Shown here one piece after another: positions 18,282 through 31,400 of a stretch of 64,000 nucleotides of DNA. The position numbers were made by a program, and so were the translations under genes. The notes beneath the pieces were generated by a model, which worked only from the letters and a program-made list of their open reading frames with translations, did no database searches and had not been told where the DNA came from. The DNA is from Minisyncoccota bacterium (GTDB lineage Bacteria > Patescibacteriota > Minisyncoccia > Phycocordibacterales > JABAAK01): the NCBI GenBank assembly GCA_965204115.1, contig OZ241963.1:377548-441547 (forward strand). Reading direction: 5' to 3'. The number at the start of each line of letters is the position of its first letter. The first letter of the stretch is position 1.

Positions 18282-18401
18282 ACTGTTTATTTTAACATTA
18301 AATATCCTAATTTTTAATTATCTTAGATGTATTTTGGGCGCCCGCTTGATTCGGATATGTCGTATGTCGTAAAAGAGTAATCTGCGAGTGAGTGATGTTG
18401 G

Positions 18402-19415
18402 TTATTCAACCGTGAGGACGATGCCGTCTTTTTGGTGGTGGGTTGCCCAGGAGAACCAGAGCTCGAAGTAGCCGGGTAGTTGTTTGTTGTTTGTGTGGGC
18501 TGTTATTTCGCCGCCGTTGCGGGTGATGGTGAGTGTTTTTCCTTGAATGATGAATGTTTGTGTGCCGTCTGTGAATTGTCGGTATGGGAGGGCGATTGAC
18601 TTTTCGCCGAGGGGGATGACATACATCAGCTCTTTCGCATGAAACCGTTTGTCTGAAACTGATACCGGAAATATGGTGTTTTCTGTTTCGGTGTAGCCGG
18701 CGTATGGGTTGGCTGTGTAGTTTCGCGAAAACCCGGTGTCGGTGCTCAGCACTTCTGTGTTTGGATATTTTTCCCGTACTTCACTCAGGGTTATAACCTG
18801 TAGCGGCAATATGGAGAGTTTTTCTCCGGTGTATGCGCCGACAACTGCATCAGTTCGCGCTTGTGACCACAGCGACTCAGTGGCGGTGTCGTACATAAGC
18901 AGATTGGATTCAAATAATAGTCCGCTCACACCGAAGCTGAGTGTTGTGCCTCCGACACGGCGGTCAAATACGATACCTGAGTCACAGAGCGGGCAGAAGG
19001 TGACGGCAATCGGTGTTTCACCTATCGTGTCGTTCACGATCTCATGCCAGACAAGAATGCTGTACGGATAAAAACGGCGTACTCCGTGCAGTGCGGCAAG
19101 AATGCCTCGTGCATCGTCCGCGACCTCTGTTTCGGAGAGTGGTACAAATGTCGGGTTGTTGATAGCAGGAATCCCGTCTTTCCCTGGCCCGCCGGACAAG
19201 ATGTCCTGGAGGTCAATGGTTTTCTTTGTGGTGTCAGTTTTGAGGCCGAAGGTAGGTAAGAATGACCGCTCTGCCGGCTCTGACGGTGCTGTTTTGTGCT
19301 GCCTGTTATAGAGCCCGGTAAGCAAGAGGAGTATAAAAAGGGTTATGGCGATTCCGGTGATGGATTTCCTGCTGAGTTCCTGTTGTGTCTTGCTTTTTGT
19401 GTTACATGTAGTCAT
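18402..19415 (-). CDS. DUF3179-family secreted protein
   Basis: N-terminal TM/signal region; GGPGKDGIPAINNPTF and a CPLCDSG motif typical of DUF3179. Confidence 0.6.
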   Translation of the reverse strand: MTTCNTKSKTQQELSRKSITGIAITLFILLLLTGLYNRQHKTAPSEPAERSFLPTFGLKTDTTKKTIDLQDILSGGPGKDGIPAINNPTFVPLSETEVADDARGILAALHGVRRFYPYSILVWHEIVNDTIGETPIAVTFCPLCDSGIVFDRRVGGTTLSFGVSGLLFESNLLMYDTATESLWSQARTDAVVGAYTGEKLSILPLQVITLSEVREKYPNTEVLSTDTGFSRNYTANPYAGYTETENTIFPVSVSDKRFHAKELMYVIPLGEKSIALPYRQFTDGTQTFIIQGKTLTITRNGGEITAHTNNKQLPGYFELWFSWATHHQKDGIVLTVE

Positions 19416-19454
19416 ATTGAGATACCTTGTGTGGATTCAGCGAGGGTTCCGATG

Positions 19455-22400
19455 CTACTCCGCATCGTTGGAGTGGGTGGCGCCAATATTGCCCGCTCTG
19501 TCACGCACGATGAAACAGACGCCGTTTAGAGCGGTGGTGGGCAACTCGTAGAAGGTGAACGGTGTGTATTCGTCGCCATCGGTCGGGAAGACGGTGAGCG
19601 CGTCACATTCGGTTTTGGTCATCGCCTTTACCGCGACGGTGTCAACAGAGTCAACGGCCGCGGGCGGATCGCTGGGCGCGCCGAAGATGACTATGTCTTC
19701 GCTGCCAGTGATATTCCGGTCTTCTATACGAGAGAGCTGCATGCGCGGACTATTGACATCAATGGCAACGGTAAATTGTTCGGATTCCTGAGAGGTGTTC
19801 CCTGCGATGTCGGTCGCGGTCGCGGTGAGGGCGATAAGTCGTGATTCCTCAGGTAGGGTTCGGGTGATGGTGGCGGGAGTCCCGTCACTTCCAATGACTC
19901 CACTCGCGCCTCCTGAATCGGACAAAACAGCAACGGTATTCGGTTCAGCGCTTATCAAGAAGGTCAGATCGGTGAAGCGGTTGGTAATCCCATCCGAATT
20001 GCTCAAGCCGCTATCGTATTCGGTGGCGAGCGTGATGGCGGATGGCGGCGCGGGCGCGGTGGTGTCAATAATAATATCAAGCTGCTGTGTTGAAGTGGTC
20101 ACATTGCCCGGTATGTCCGAGACCGTTATACTCACCTGCTGCGGCTTGTTCTCGTCGTCGGGTTGCACGATGTAGGAGGCGTTGTAGCTGCCGGGGACAC
20201 CGGTTACCGACAGCGCGGTGCCGATCGCATCTGTGCCGGTGAATATACGCACGGTCGGTAGGGCGTTGTTGAAATTCAAATCTGACTCGGAAAATACTAT
20301 GTTGATGGTGTCACCCGCTTTCGCGTACTTACCGGTGTTGTTGACGGTGCCGGATGTGTTCGTGATGATCTCACCGACGAAAGGCGGTGTGGTGTCTATG
20401 TCAATGATACGCGCCGAGCGGGCGAACGAGACATTGCCGACTGCGTCGCGGGCGCGGAAACAGACATACTGCCCGTTGTACGCTTCGTCGTCCAGCACGA
20501 TACTTCCTCCGGAGGTGTAGAGATCGCCGTCTGTGTCGCTGTCAATCAGGGTTTCGTCACAGACATCACTTGTGATGACATATCGGTCGCCGGCATCCAC
20601 GGCAAGACCGGTCACGCTCGCGCTGACGACTTTTAGCCGGGCAGGGTCGGATGTCGGTCCGAATGGTGTTATGACCGGACCGGTTCGGTCTATGCCGGTA
20701 ATCTGCGCCGAGCGGGCGAACGAGACATTGCCGATTTCGTCGCGGGCGCGGTAACAGATGTAGCGTCCGTTGTATGCCTCGTTGTCCAGCACGATATTCC
20801 TGCCTGAAACATACAGATCACCATCGGCATCACTCGCGATTACGGTTTCATCACAGGCCCCGTCCGTGATGACATATCGGTCGCCGGCATCCACGGCAAG
20901 ACCGGTCACGCTCGCGCTGACGACTTTTAGCCGTGCTGTGCCGGGTTCCGGTCCGAATGGTGTTATGACCGGACCGCTCTGGTCTATGCCGATAATCTGA
21001 TCAGATCGCGTGAATGAGATATTGCCGACTGTATCAGCGGCGCGGAAACAGACATGCTGCCCGTTGTATGCTTCGTCGTCCAGCACGATACTCTCTCCGG
21101 AGGTGTAGAGCTCGCCGTCTGTGTCGGTTCTGATCAGGTCGGAATCACACGCATCGCCGGAGATGATGTAGCGGCTCTTTGCTACATCGGCATCGCCGGT
21201 GATACTGGCACTGACACTCTTGACGAGCGCCGGCTCGGTCGTTAGATCAGCAACCGCAATGGTCGGTGCTGTGGTGTCTATCCCGTCTATCTGTAGTGAG
21301 CGCACAAACGAGACATTGCCGGCTTCATCGCGGGCGCGGTAACAGATGTAGCGTCCGTTGTATGCCTCGTTGTCCAGCACGATATTCCTGCCTGAAACAT
21401 ACAGATCACCATCGGCATCACTCGCGATTACGGTTTCATCACAGGCCCCGTCCGTGATGACATATCGGTCGCCGGCATCCACGGCAAGACCGGTCACGCT
21501 CGCGCTGACGACTTTTAGCCGTGCTGTGCCGGGTTCCGGTCCGAATGGTGTTATGACCGGCGGTGTTCGGTCTATGCCGGTGATCTGTGCGGAACGGGCG
21601 AATACGATATTACCGATAGCGTCTCGTGTACGGAAACAGACATGCTGCCCGTTGTACGACTCACTGTTTAGCGCGACATTTGTGCCGGGAATATAGAGTT
21701 CGCCGTCGATATCGCTTGCAATCAGCGCTTCATCACAGGGCTCGCCTGAAATGATGTACCGCGTACCCGTGGCAACCAGTGAGAGATCCGTGATTTCTGC
21801 GCTGATGTTTTTTATTCGTGCCGTACCCCCGGAAAGCGCGGCGACATTGATAGACGGACCGGAGGTGTCTATCCCGTTTATTTGCTGCGAGCGGGCGAAC
21901 GAAACATTGCCGATCGCATCGCGGGCGCGGTAGCAGATGTAGCGTCCGTTCTGCTCCCGATCATCCAGTATGATACTGCCGCCGGAGGTATACGCCTCGC
22001 CGTCGGCATCACTCGCGATCACGGTTTCATCACAGACCTCGTCCGTGATGACATATCGGTTACCGACCGCCTCAGCGAAGCCGGTTACCCGTGCGTTGGC
22101 GACTTTCAGCCGCGCCGCGCCGGATTCCGGTCCGAACGGTGTGATGACCGGACCGCTGCGGTCTATGCCGGTGATCTGCGCGGAACGGGCGAACGAGACA
22201 TTGCCGATCGCGTCGCGCGCGCGGAAACAGACATATTGCCTGTTGTACGCTTCATCATCCAGCACGATACCGCCGCTCGGGGTATATGCTTCGCCGTCGG
22301 TATCACTTGCGATCACGGTTTCATCACAGACCCCGCCCGTGATGACATATCGGTTGCCGGCGTCTGCGGCAAGGCCGGTAATACTCACTGCGGCGACTTT

Positions 22401-25400
22401 TACCTGCAAGGTACCGGGTTCCGGACCGACCGGTGTGATGACCGGTGGTGTCCTATCTATGTCGGTTATTTGCTCAGATCGGGCGAACGAGACATTGCCG
22501 ACCGTGTCAGCGGCGCGGAAACAGATATATTGCCCATTGTACGATTCATCGTCAAGCGCGATATCCGTGCCGGAGGTATACGGCTGTCCGTCTGCGCTAC
22601 TGCCGATGAGAGAGGCATCGCAGGCACCAGTTGAAATAGCATACTGACTACCGACGGTTGCTGATCTGTCGGTTATCACTGCGCTGACGGTCTTCTCTTG
22701 TGAGGTTCCCGATGCCGGATTGTTCAGGGTGATAGTCGGACCGACACGGTCAATGCCGGTGATCTGCTCAGATCGGGCGAACGAAACATTGCCGACCGTG
22801 TCTGCTGAGCGGAAGCAGACATACTGCCCGTTGTATGTCTCGTTGTCCAGCGTAATGTCCGCGCCGGGGACATAGGGTTCGCCATCTGAGTCGCTGCCGA
22901 TGAGGTCTGTGTCGCAGGCGCCGTTTGCAATACGGTACCGACTACCCGCTGCTGCAACATTGCCAGTAATGGTGGCACTGACGGTTTTTGTCTGTGCTTC
23001 ACCGGTGATTGGTTCAGTAATAGTGATCACCGGAGCAGTTCGGTCTATCCCGCTGATCTGTTCGGAACGGGCGAATGCGATGTTACCCACTTCATCGCGA
23101 GCGCGGAAACAGACATAGTGTCCGTTGTGTGCCTCTTCATCCAGCACGATGTTCTCGCCGGCGGTGTAATTCACGCCATCTGAGTCGCTACTGATGAGTC
23201 TGCTGTCACAGTTTCCGTCTGAGAGTATATATTGCGTACCGGTGTCAACAGGCAGTCCGGTCGCGCTCGCGCTCGCGACTTTCAGCCGCGCAAGACCGGC
23301 TGACGGACCGAGTGTCGTGATAACCGGTGGTGTCCTATCTATGCCGGTGATCTGCTCAGATCGGGCGAACGAAACATTGCCGACCAAATCTGAAGCGCGG
23401 AAACAGGCGTACTGCCCGTTGTATGTCTCATCGTTGAGCGCGATGGTCGCGCCGGAGGTGTACGGTCTGCCGGTCGCGCTGTTACCGATGAGCGATTCAT
23501 CACAGGAGGCATCTGAAATGATATAGCGTGTGTCCGTCGTGATTGCACCGTCGGTAACAATCGCGCTGACAAACTTCTCCTGCGCGGCACCTGTTGACGG
23601 GTCGTTCAGGGTGATGGTCGGACCGGTGCGATCTATGTCAGTGATACGCGCCGAACGGACGAACGAGACATTGCCTGCCGCGTCTCGAGCGCGGAAACAG
23701 ACATGTTGCCCGTTGTATGACTCGTCGTCAAGCGTGATATCCGTGTCGGAGGCATAGAGTTCGCCATCCGCGTCGCTACTGATGAGGGTCGCATCACAGG
23801 CGGATGATGTAATAAGGTATCGCGTGCTCTCAGCGACCGCATCACCGGTGATGACGGCACTCACCAGTTTTTCCCGCGCGTCGCCGAATGCCGGATCAAC
23901 CACCCGCACTGTCGGTGCAGTGCGGTCTATGCCGGTGATCTGCGCGGAACGCGTGAACGAGACATTACCGACCGCGTCGCGAGCGCGGAAGCAGACATAC
24001 TGTCCGTTGTATGCCTCGTCATCAAGTGTGATACTCTTGCCGGAGGTGTATGCTTCGCCGGCAATGTCGCCGCTGATAAGGGTTGCATTGCAGACACTGC
24101 CGGCAATAGTGTACCTGCTGCCGGTAATAGCGGCATCCTCGGCAATCGCAGCGCTGACGGTCTTTTCCCGCGCCGCTCCCACTACCGGATCGGTTACTGT
24201 TACTGTCGGACCGGTACGATCTATGCCGGTGATCTGCTCAGATCGGGCGAACGAGACATTACCGACCGCGTCGCGTGCGCGGAAGCAGACATATTGCCTG
24301 TTGTACGCCTCGTCGTTGAGTATGATGGTCGCGCCGGAGATATACGGTCTGCCGGTCGCGCTGTTACCGATGAGCGATTCATCACAGGAGGCATCTGAAA
24401 TGATATAGCGTGTGTCCGTCGTGATTGCACCGTCGGTAACAATCGCGCTGACAAACTTCTCCTGCGCGGCACCTGTTGACGGGTCGTTCAGGGTGATGGT
24501 CGGGCCGGTGCGATCTATGTCGGCTATCTGCGCGGAGCGGGCGAATGAGACATTGCCTGCCGCATCCGAGACGCGGAAGCAGACATACTGTCCGTTGTAT
24601 GCTTCATCGTTGAGCGCGATATTTGTGCCGGAGGCATAGAGTTCACCATCTGTATTACTGCTGATGAGTGCTGCGTCACAGGCGGATGATGTAATAAGGT
24701 ATCGCGTGCTCTCAGCGACCGCATCACCGGTGATGACGGCACTCACCAGTTTTTCCCGCGCGTCGCCGAATGCCGGATCAACCACCCGCACTGTCGGTGC
24801 AGTGCGGTCTATGCCGGTGATCTGCGCGGAACGCGTGAACGAGACATTACCGACCGCGTCGCGCGCCCGGAAGCAGACATACTGCCCGTTTTGCAGCTCA
24901 TTGTTCAGTGTAACCTCCTCTCCGGAGGTGTATGCTGCCCCTTCGGTATCGCTGCCGATGAGATCAGCATCACAATCTTCAGAAGAGATGGCGTACCTGC
25001 TGCCGGCAGTAGCGGCATCTTCGGCAATCGCAGCGCTGACGGACTTCTCTCGCGCTGTTTCTCCTGCCGGATTGGTCACTGATACTGTCGGACCGGTACG
25101 ATCTATGCCGGTTATCCGCGCGGATCGGGCGAAGACGATGTTATTCACTGTGTCACGCGCCCGGAAGCAGACATACTGTCCGTTGTATGCCTCGTCATCA
25201 AGTGTGATACTCTCGCCGGAGGTGTATGCCGTTCCCTCAGTATCGCTTCCGATGATGTCCGCATCGCAGTCCTCGGTTGTGATGTCATATCGGCTTGCCG
25301 CGGCAATCAGGTGGGTGTCCTCAATCTCCGCGCTGATACTCTTCAGCTGTGCCGCTCCTGATGTCGGCTCGGTGATACTGATTGACGGCTTAATCCGGTC

Positions 25401-28400
25401 AATACCGTCAATCTGCGCCGACCGAGTGAACGAGACATTGCCGACTGCGTCGCGTGCCCTGAAGCAGACATGTTGCCCGTTGTACTCTTCCTTATCCAGG
25501 TTGATGGTATTACCGGCGGTGTAGGAGGTGCCGTCTGTGTCGCTGCCGATGAGATCACTGTCGCAGTCTTCGGTTGTAATGGCATATCGGCTACCGATGG
25601 CGATCGCGATGCCGGTAATACTCGCGCTGACCACTTTCAGCGGCGAGACCCCCGCTGTCAAGCCGAGTGTCGTAATAGTCGGACCGGTGCGGTCTATGCC
25701 GGTTGTCTGCGCGGAACGGGCGAATGAAATATTGCCGGCACTGTCGGATGCCCGGAAGCAGATATGCTGCCCGTTGTATACCTCATCATTAAGGGTTATG
25801 CTCTCTCCGGATTGGTATGTCTGCGCATTGAAACCGATAAATAGTTCAGTATCACAATCTTCGTCTGCAATGCGGTACTTTGTTTCCGTCGCTGATGAGT
25901 CCGTGATCTTGGCACTCACGGTTTTTGTCCGCGCCGCGCCGGTTGCCGCCTCGGTGATGGTGATGTTCGGACCGCCGGTGTCAATGGTTACAGTGATGTC
26001 AGATGTCCATGCGTCCGTATTGCCGGCATCGTCCAGCGCCTGTAAGTATATCCGTTGTGGACTGCGGTTCTCGTCACCGACAGCGATGGTATAGGTGCCA
26101 GTATAGGTGCCGTCGGCACCCTTATTCACCGTTACACTTTCACCGCTTGTCTTCCCGCTGCTGAAAATTCGCATAACCGGATCGGTTCCCAAATGCTCGT
26201 CAACGATCACAGCGTTCACGGTGATGGTATCCCCCGTGCCGGCATAGGTAGTGCCGTCAGCGTCGGAACCTGAGCTCGTTATGGTTACTCCCCCGAAGGT
26301 CGGTTCCGTTCGGTCAATGTTGTCAATCACCGAAGAGCGCGCGAAACGCACATTACCCGCTTCGTCGCGTGCCCGGAAACAGACATACTGCCCGTTTTGC
26401 AGCTCATTGTTCAGTGTAACCTCCTCTCCGGAGGTGTACGCTGTCCCTTCGGTATCGCTGCCGATGAGATCAGCATCACAATCTTCAGAAGAGATGGCGT
26501 ACCTGTTCCCCACACTGACCGGGTTCGCGTCCGTGATGGTCGCGGCAACGGTTTTCTCCCGCGCTGCGCCTTCCGCCGGTTCTGTGACGCTGATTGTCGG
26601 TGCGCTTCGGTCTATTCCGGTGATCACCGATGAGCGCGCGAATGAGATATTGCCGATAATATCCCGGGCGCGGAAACAGACATACTTACCGTTATGCTGC
26701 TCACTGTTCAGATCAATGTCCGTGCCGGAGATGTATGCATTGCCGCTACTGTTGTCGCTGATAAGGTTTTCATCGCATGCGCTCTCTGAAATGACATACC
26801 GTGCACCGGCGATAACGATGTTTTTGTCCGTGATGCCCGCTTTGAGCGTCTTTTCCTGTGCCGCGCCGGTGGCGAGTGATCCGACACTGATAACCGGATC
26901 AACTGTGTCAATGATGACTCCGATATCGACTCCGCGTCCGCTGAGGTTTCCGGCTGCGTCACGCGCCTCCATGTGCAGGAGTTGCGTTGAACGATCTTCA
27001 TCGTCGGCACGCACGGTGTAGGTCGCGGTGTAGGTGCCGTCGTTGTTGTCGGTCACTTGCATTGCTTCGCCGAGTGTGCTGTTCTCGCTGAAAATCTTGA
27101 CTGTGGGCAGTCCGCTGAAGTTCGTGTCCGATACAGAGAGTGTGGCGGTGATGGTGTCTCCCGCTCCGGCATAGTAGGTGCTTTCGTAGGCACTGTCTGT
27201 GGTGACCGAAACGGTGCTAATAACCGGATTCGTTCGGTCAATGCCGGTGATCACTTTTGAGCGGGCGAACGAAATATTGCCCACCGCATCGCGCGTCCTA
27301 ACACAGAGGTACTTGCCGTTGTAGGTTTCACTGTTGAATGCGATGCCGCTGCCGGAAACATACCGATCGCCTTCAGTGTCCGAACCGATGACCTCCTCGT
27401 CACAGGAGCCGTTCGCAATGATCGCGCGGCGAGTGCCGGCGGCAATTGCATCCGCACTGATGGTCACACTAATTGTCTTTGTGTTCGTTACACCGTCCGG
27501 ATGAATAATACTGATTGTCGGCCCGGTGCGGTCAATACCGCTTATTTTCGCCGATCTCGCGAAGACGACATTCCCCGCCTTGTCCCGCGCGCGGAAGCAG
27601 ACATACTGCTCGTTATACGCTTCGTCGTTCAGCGTGATCTCCGCGCCGGAGGTGTAACTGTTGCCGCTCGTGTCGCTTGCGATGAGGTCTTTATCGCATG
27701 TTTTGTCTGAGATACTGTAGCGAGTGCCGCTCGTGAGTATGCCGCTGCCGACATCACTGAGTGTCGCGCTGACTGTTTTCTCCCGTGATCCGCCTGCTGG
27801 TATAGCGGTAACACTGACAGTCGGCGCCGCGGTATCAATGACCACCCCGAGTGTGCCGGTGCCGGTGCTGACATTGTCGGCGTCATCCTGCGCCCGCACA
27901 AATATCTTTTGCACAGCACTGTCTTCGTCATCAGGGCGTACTGTGTGGGTTAGCGTATAGTTTCCATTATCAATTCTGTTCACCGTCATAGCGGTGCCGC
28001 CCGTCGTTGTCTCGCTGAATATCCGCGCTTCCGGAAGTGCGATGAGATTTGAATCGGCAATGAGTACGGTTCCGGTGATAATATCCCCCGCTTTCGCATA
28101 CTTCACACCGTTGGCAGTGATGCCGGTGGTGGTGATATGTATATTACCGATCGCCGGACTGATTCGGTCTATTCCGGTGATCATCGACGAGCGGGCGAAC
28201 ACGATATTGCCGGCACTGTCACGCGCGCGGAAGCAAACATACTTCTCGTTGTAATGTTCACTGTCCAGCGCGACATTATTACCGGAAGTATATGCCTTGC
28301 CATCATCGTCATTGCCAATGAGGTCTGCATCACAATCGTCTGCTGAAATAGTGTAGCGGGTGCCGCTGGTGTCCGCGTCCGCGCTGACAATCGCGCTGAT

Positions 28401-31400
28401 GCCTTTCTCCCGCTGCACGCCGCTCCTCGCCTCGGTAATACTGATGGTCGGTGCCGTGGTGTCTATGCCCGTCACTTGTGTCGAACGCGCGAATGAGACA
28501 TTGCCCGCGACATCAATTGTCCGAAAGCAGACATAACTGCCATTTTGCGCTTCGTCGTCCAACACAATCGCGCGACCGGAGGTGTAGGGTTCGCTGTTCG
28601 CACTGGCTGCCAGGGTACTCTCGTTGCAGATTGAGCTTTTTGAAATGAGGTATCGCGCACTTTTGGGGTTCGCGTCTATTATTTTCGCACTAACGGTTTT
28701 TTCCTGTGCCGTGCCGCTTGATGCTTCGGTAACGGTAATCGTCGGTACGGTGGTGTCAACAATTATTGTTTTTCCGTATCCGTCGGTACCGCCGGCGTAG
28801 GTGGTGTCGGGAATGGTGTTACCCACTGCATCGGCAATTGCCTTGATGGTGAAGCTTAGATCACCGTTCTCCCCCGCGACAACAGTGTGTACCCATTGAA
28901 AAATTTTCGCATTATTCGCGCCGTCTTGCGACAAAATGATCGGTGTGCCGGTGACGGTCTCTCCGTCCAGATGTATCGCTATGCGACTAACCGCGTTATC
29001 CGAGAAACTGAGCTGGTCAGCGACGGTTGCCTGGATGGTTATCTGATCTCCCGCCTGTGCGGCAGTTGTAATCTCGTTGTTCGTGGTCGCGTGTACGCTT
29101 GAGAGTGTCGGCGGGGTGGTTTCCGCTTCAATAATCTTAATTTCCTGACTTTCGTCGGGTGCTGCGTTTCCCGCATTGTCCTTTAAATCGGTAACAGACC
29201 ATCTCAACACGCCGTTGTCTCCGGGCTGGATCGTGTACGGGTACCGTACATGACCGGCGGCGGCACCCTCAACAGTACCCGCTTCCGCATCTCGGTACGC
29301 TTCGTCGCCGAACTTTACTTTCCAGAGCCCCGCGCTGTGCGAAGAAAAGCCGCTGGCGCTCACTTCGTTGTTGTATCTCCGTTCAATGATGATCGTACTG
29401 CCTGCCGGAAGGTACTTAACGACGCCGTCAAATCTTTTTTTGGCGGCATCGCTGGTGCCGTTGATGTAATAATCGGTTGCACTTGCAACCGGTCTCGTGG
29501 TGTCTATGACCACCCCGATGTCAACGCGATGACCTCCGGCATTACCGGCATCATCACGCGCCTCCAGGTGAATCTTTTTCGGGGTTTTACTCTCATCGCC
29601 CGACTGGACGGTATAGGTGGCGATGTACCCCTGCTCGCCGGTTTTCCTCACGGTCATGCCGGTGCCGCCGGCAGCGCTCTCGCTGAATACTCGCATCACC
29701 GGAAGCGTGGTCAGGTGCTCGTCAGAAACGGTTGTAGTCGCGACGATGTCATCCCCCGCTTTTGCGTATTTATTGGTGCCGTAGACATTGCCCGAAGTGG
29801 TTACGGCGATATTCCCTATTACCGGATTTGTGCGGTCTATGTCGGCGATTTGCGCCGAACGCGCGAATGAGACATTGCCGAGTGTGTCACGCGCGCGGAA
29901 ACAGATGTAGGAACCGTTCTCATCTTCCCTGTTCAGCGTGATAACACTGCCGGAGGTGTAGTTCACACCGGCGGTGTCACTCCCGATAACACTTTCGTCG
30001 CAGTCCTCAGATGAAACTGTGAAACGGATACTGCCGGTGACGGCAGTTGCGTCAATTGTCGCGTGCATGGTTTTCTGTCGAGCAGCACCTCCTCCGGGTC
30101 CGACAGTGGTGATAGATGGTCCCGTCCGGTCTATGCCGTTTATCCGCGCAGATCGCGCGAACGAAATATTACCCGCTTTATCGCGTGCCCGAAAACAGAG
30201 ATATGTGCCGTTGTACCCTTCATTTTTCAGGACGACAGCTTCGCCTGAAGTCCATGCGCTCCCCACCCCATCACTACCGATGAGTGCTTCGTCACAAGTC
30301 GCGCTTGAGATAACATAACGGTTGCCGGTTGCGTCCGTGTTGGTGTCTGTTACGGTCGGGGTTATGCTCTTGCTCTGCGCTGCGCCTGACGCAGGGTCGG
30401 AGATGCTGAGTGCCGGGCTTGTGGTATCGATTTTCATCGCGTTCGTTGACACCTGCACGGTTGTGCTTTTGCCGTCGCTTGCCGCGAAACAGGCATATTT
30501 GCCGGAATGATTTTCTGTGTTGAAAGTTGCCGTGTACTCCTCGCCACGCTCCGGTGACGGAACGACCACAAAGGATGTTGGCGGTGTGGTGCCGTTATAT
30601 GTGGAATTATCGAGGCATTCTGCACTGGTTTCGACTTGCTGATAGCTCAAGTACAGCGTGTCATTTGGGTTAACATCACTAAGGCGCACGGTAAAGCCGT
30701 GCGATCTTGCCCAAGTGTTCGGGATATCATTAATTATTGTCAGTATCGGTGGGGTATTTTGTGGTGCGATAGCCGGAGAGACAGCACTGCGTATGTTTCC
30801 TGAGTAATCTTCCGCATAGACGCATATCTTGTCGGACAGGGCATTCGGCACGGTATACGAGTAGGACACCTCCTTTGGTAATCCCCCCGGTTCCACGACT
30901 TTCCCGCTGCTGACCTCGTTGTAGGTATCGCAGGCAGTTGAGTCCTCAGACCCGCTGATTTTTAGTGCGCCGTAGCGGTATATACCTGACTGGCTGTCTG
31001 TAATATTGATCGTATAGTTTTTTTCCACTTCTGGTGTGCCTGGAAAGGTTATAATAGGGGTGGTGTTATCCGGCTCATCTGCTTCAATGCTGTTGAGTGT
31101 CCAGGTTTCGTTATTCGCAGTGTTGCCCGCATTGTCGCTCGGTCCGGTGAGGGAAAATTTGAGTACGCCGTCGTCGCCAGGAGCGATGGTGTATGAGTAC
31201 CTCACCCTGCTGTTGCTGTCAAACACGGTGCCGTTGCTCATATTCCTCCACCGTCCGTTGCCGAATCTGATCCGCGCTACGCCGGCGTTCCCCGGAGACA
31301 GACCGCTCTCTCTTCCTTCGTTGGCGTACAACAGCATAATGGCAATCCGGGTGCCGGCGTTCACTTTACTGTGAACATTGAGATTTTTCTTCACCTCGTT

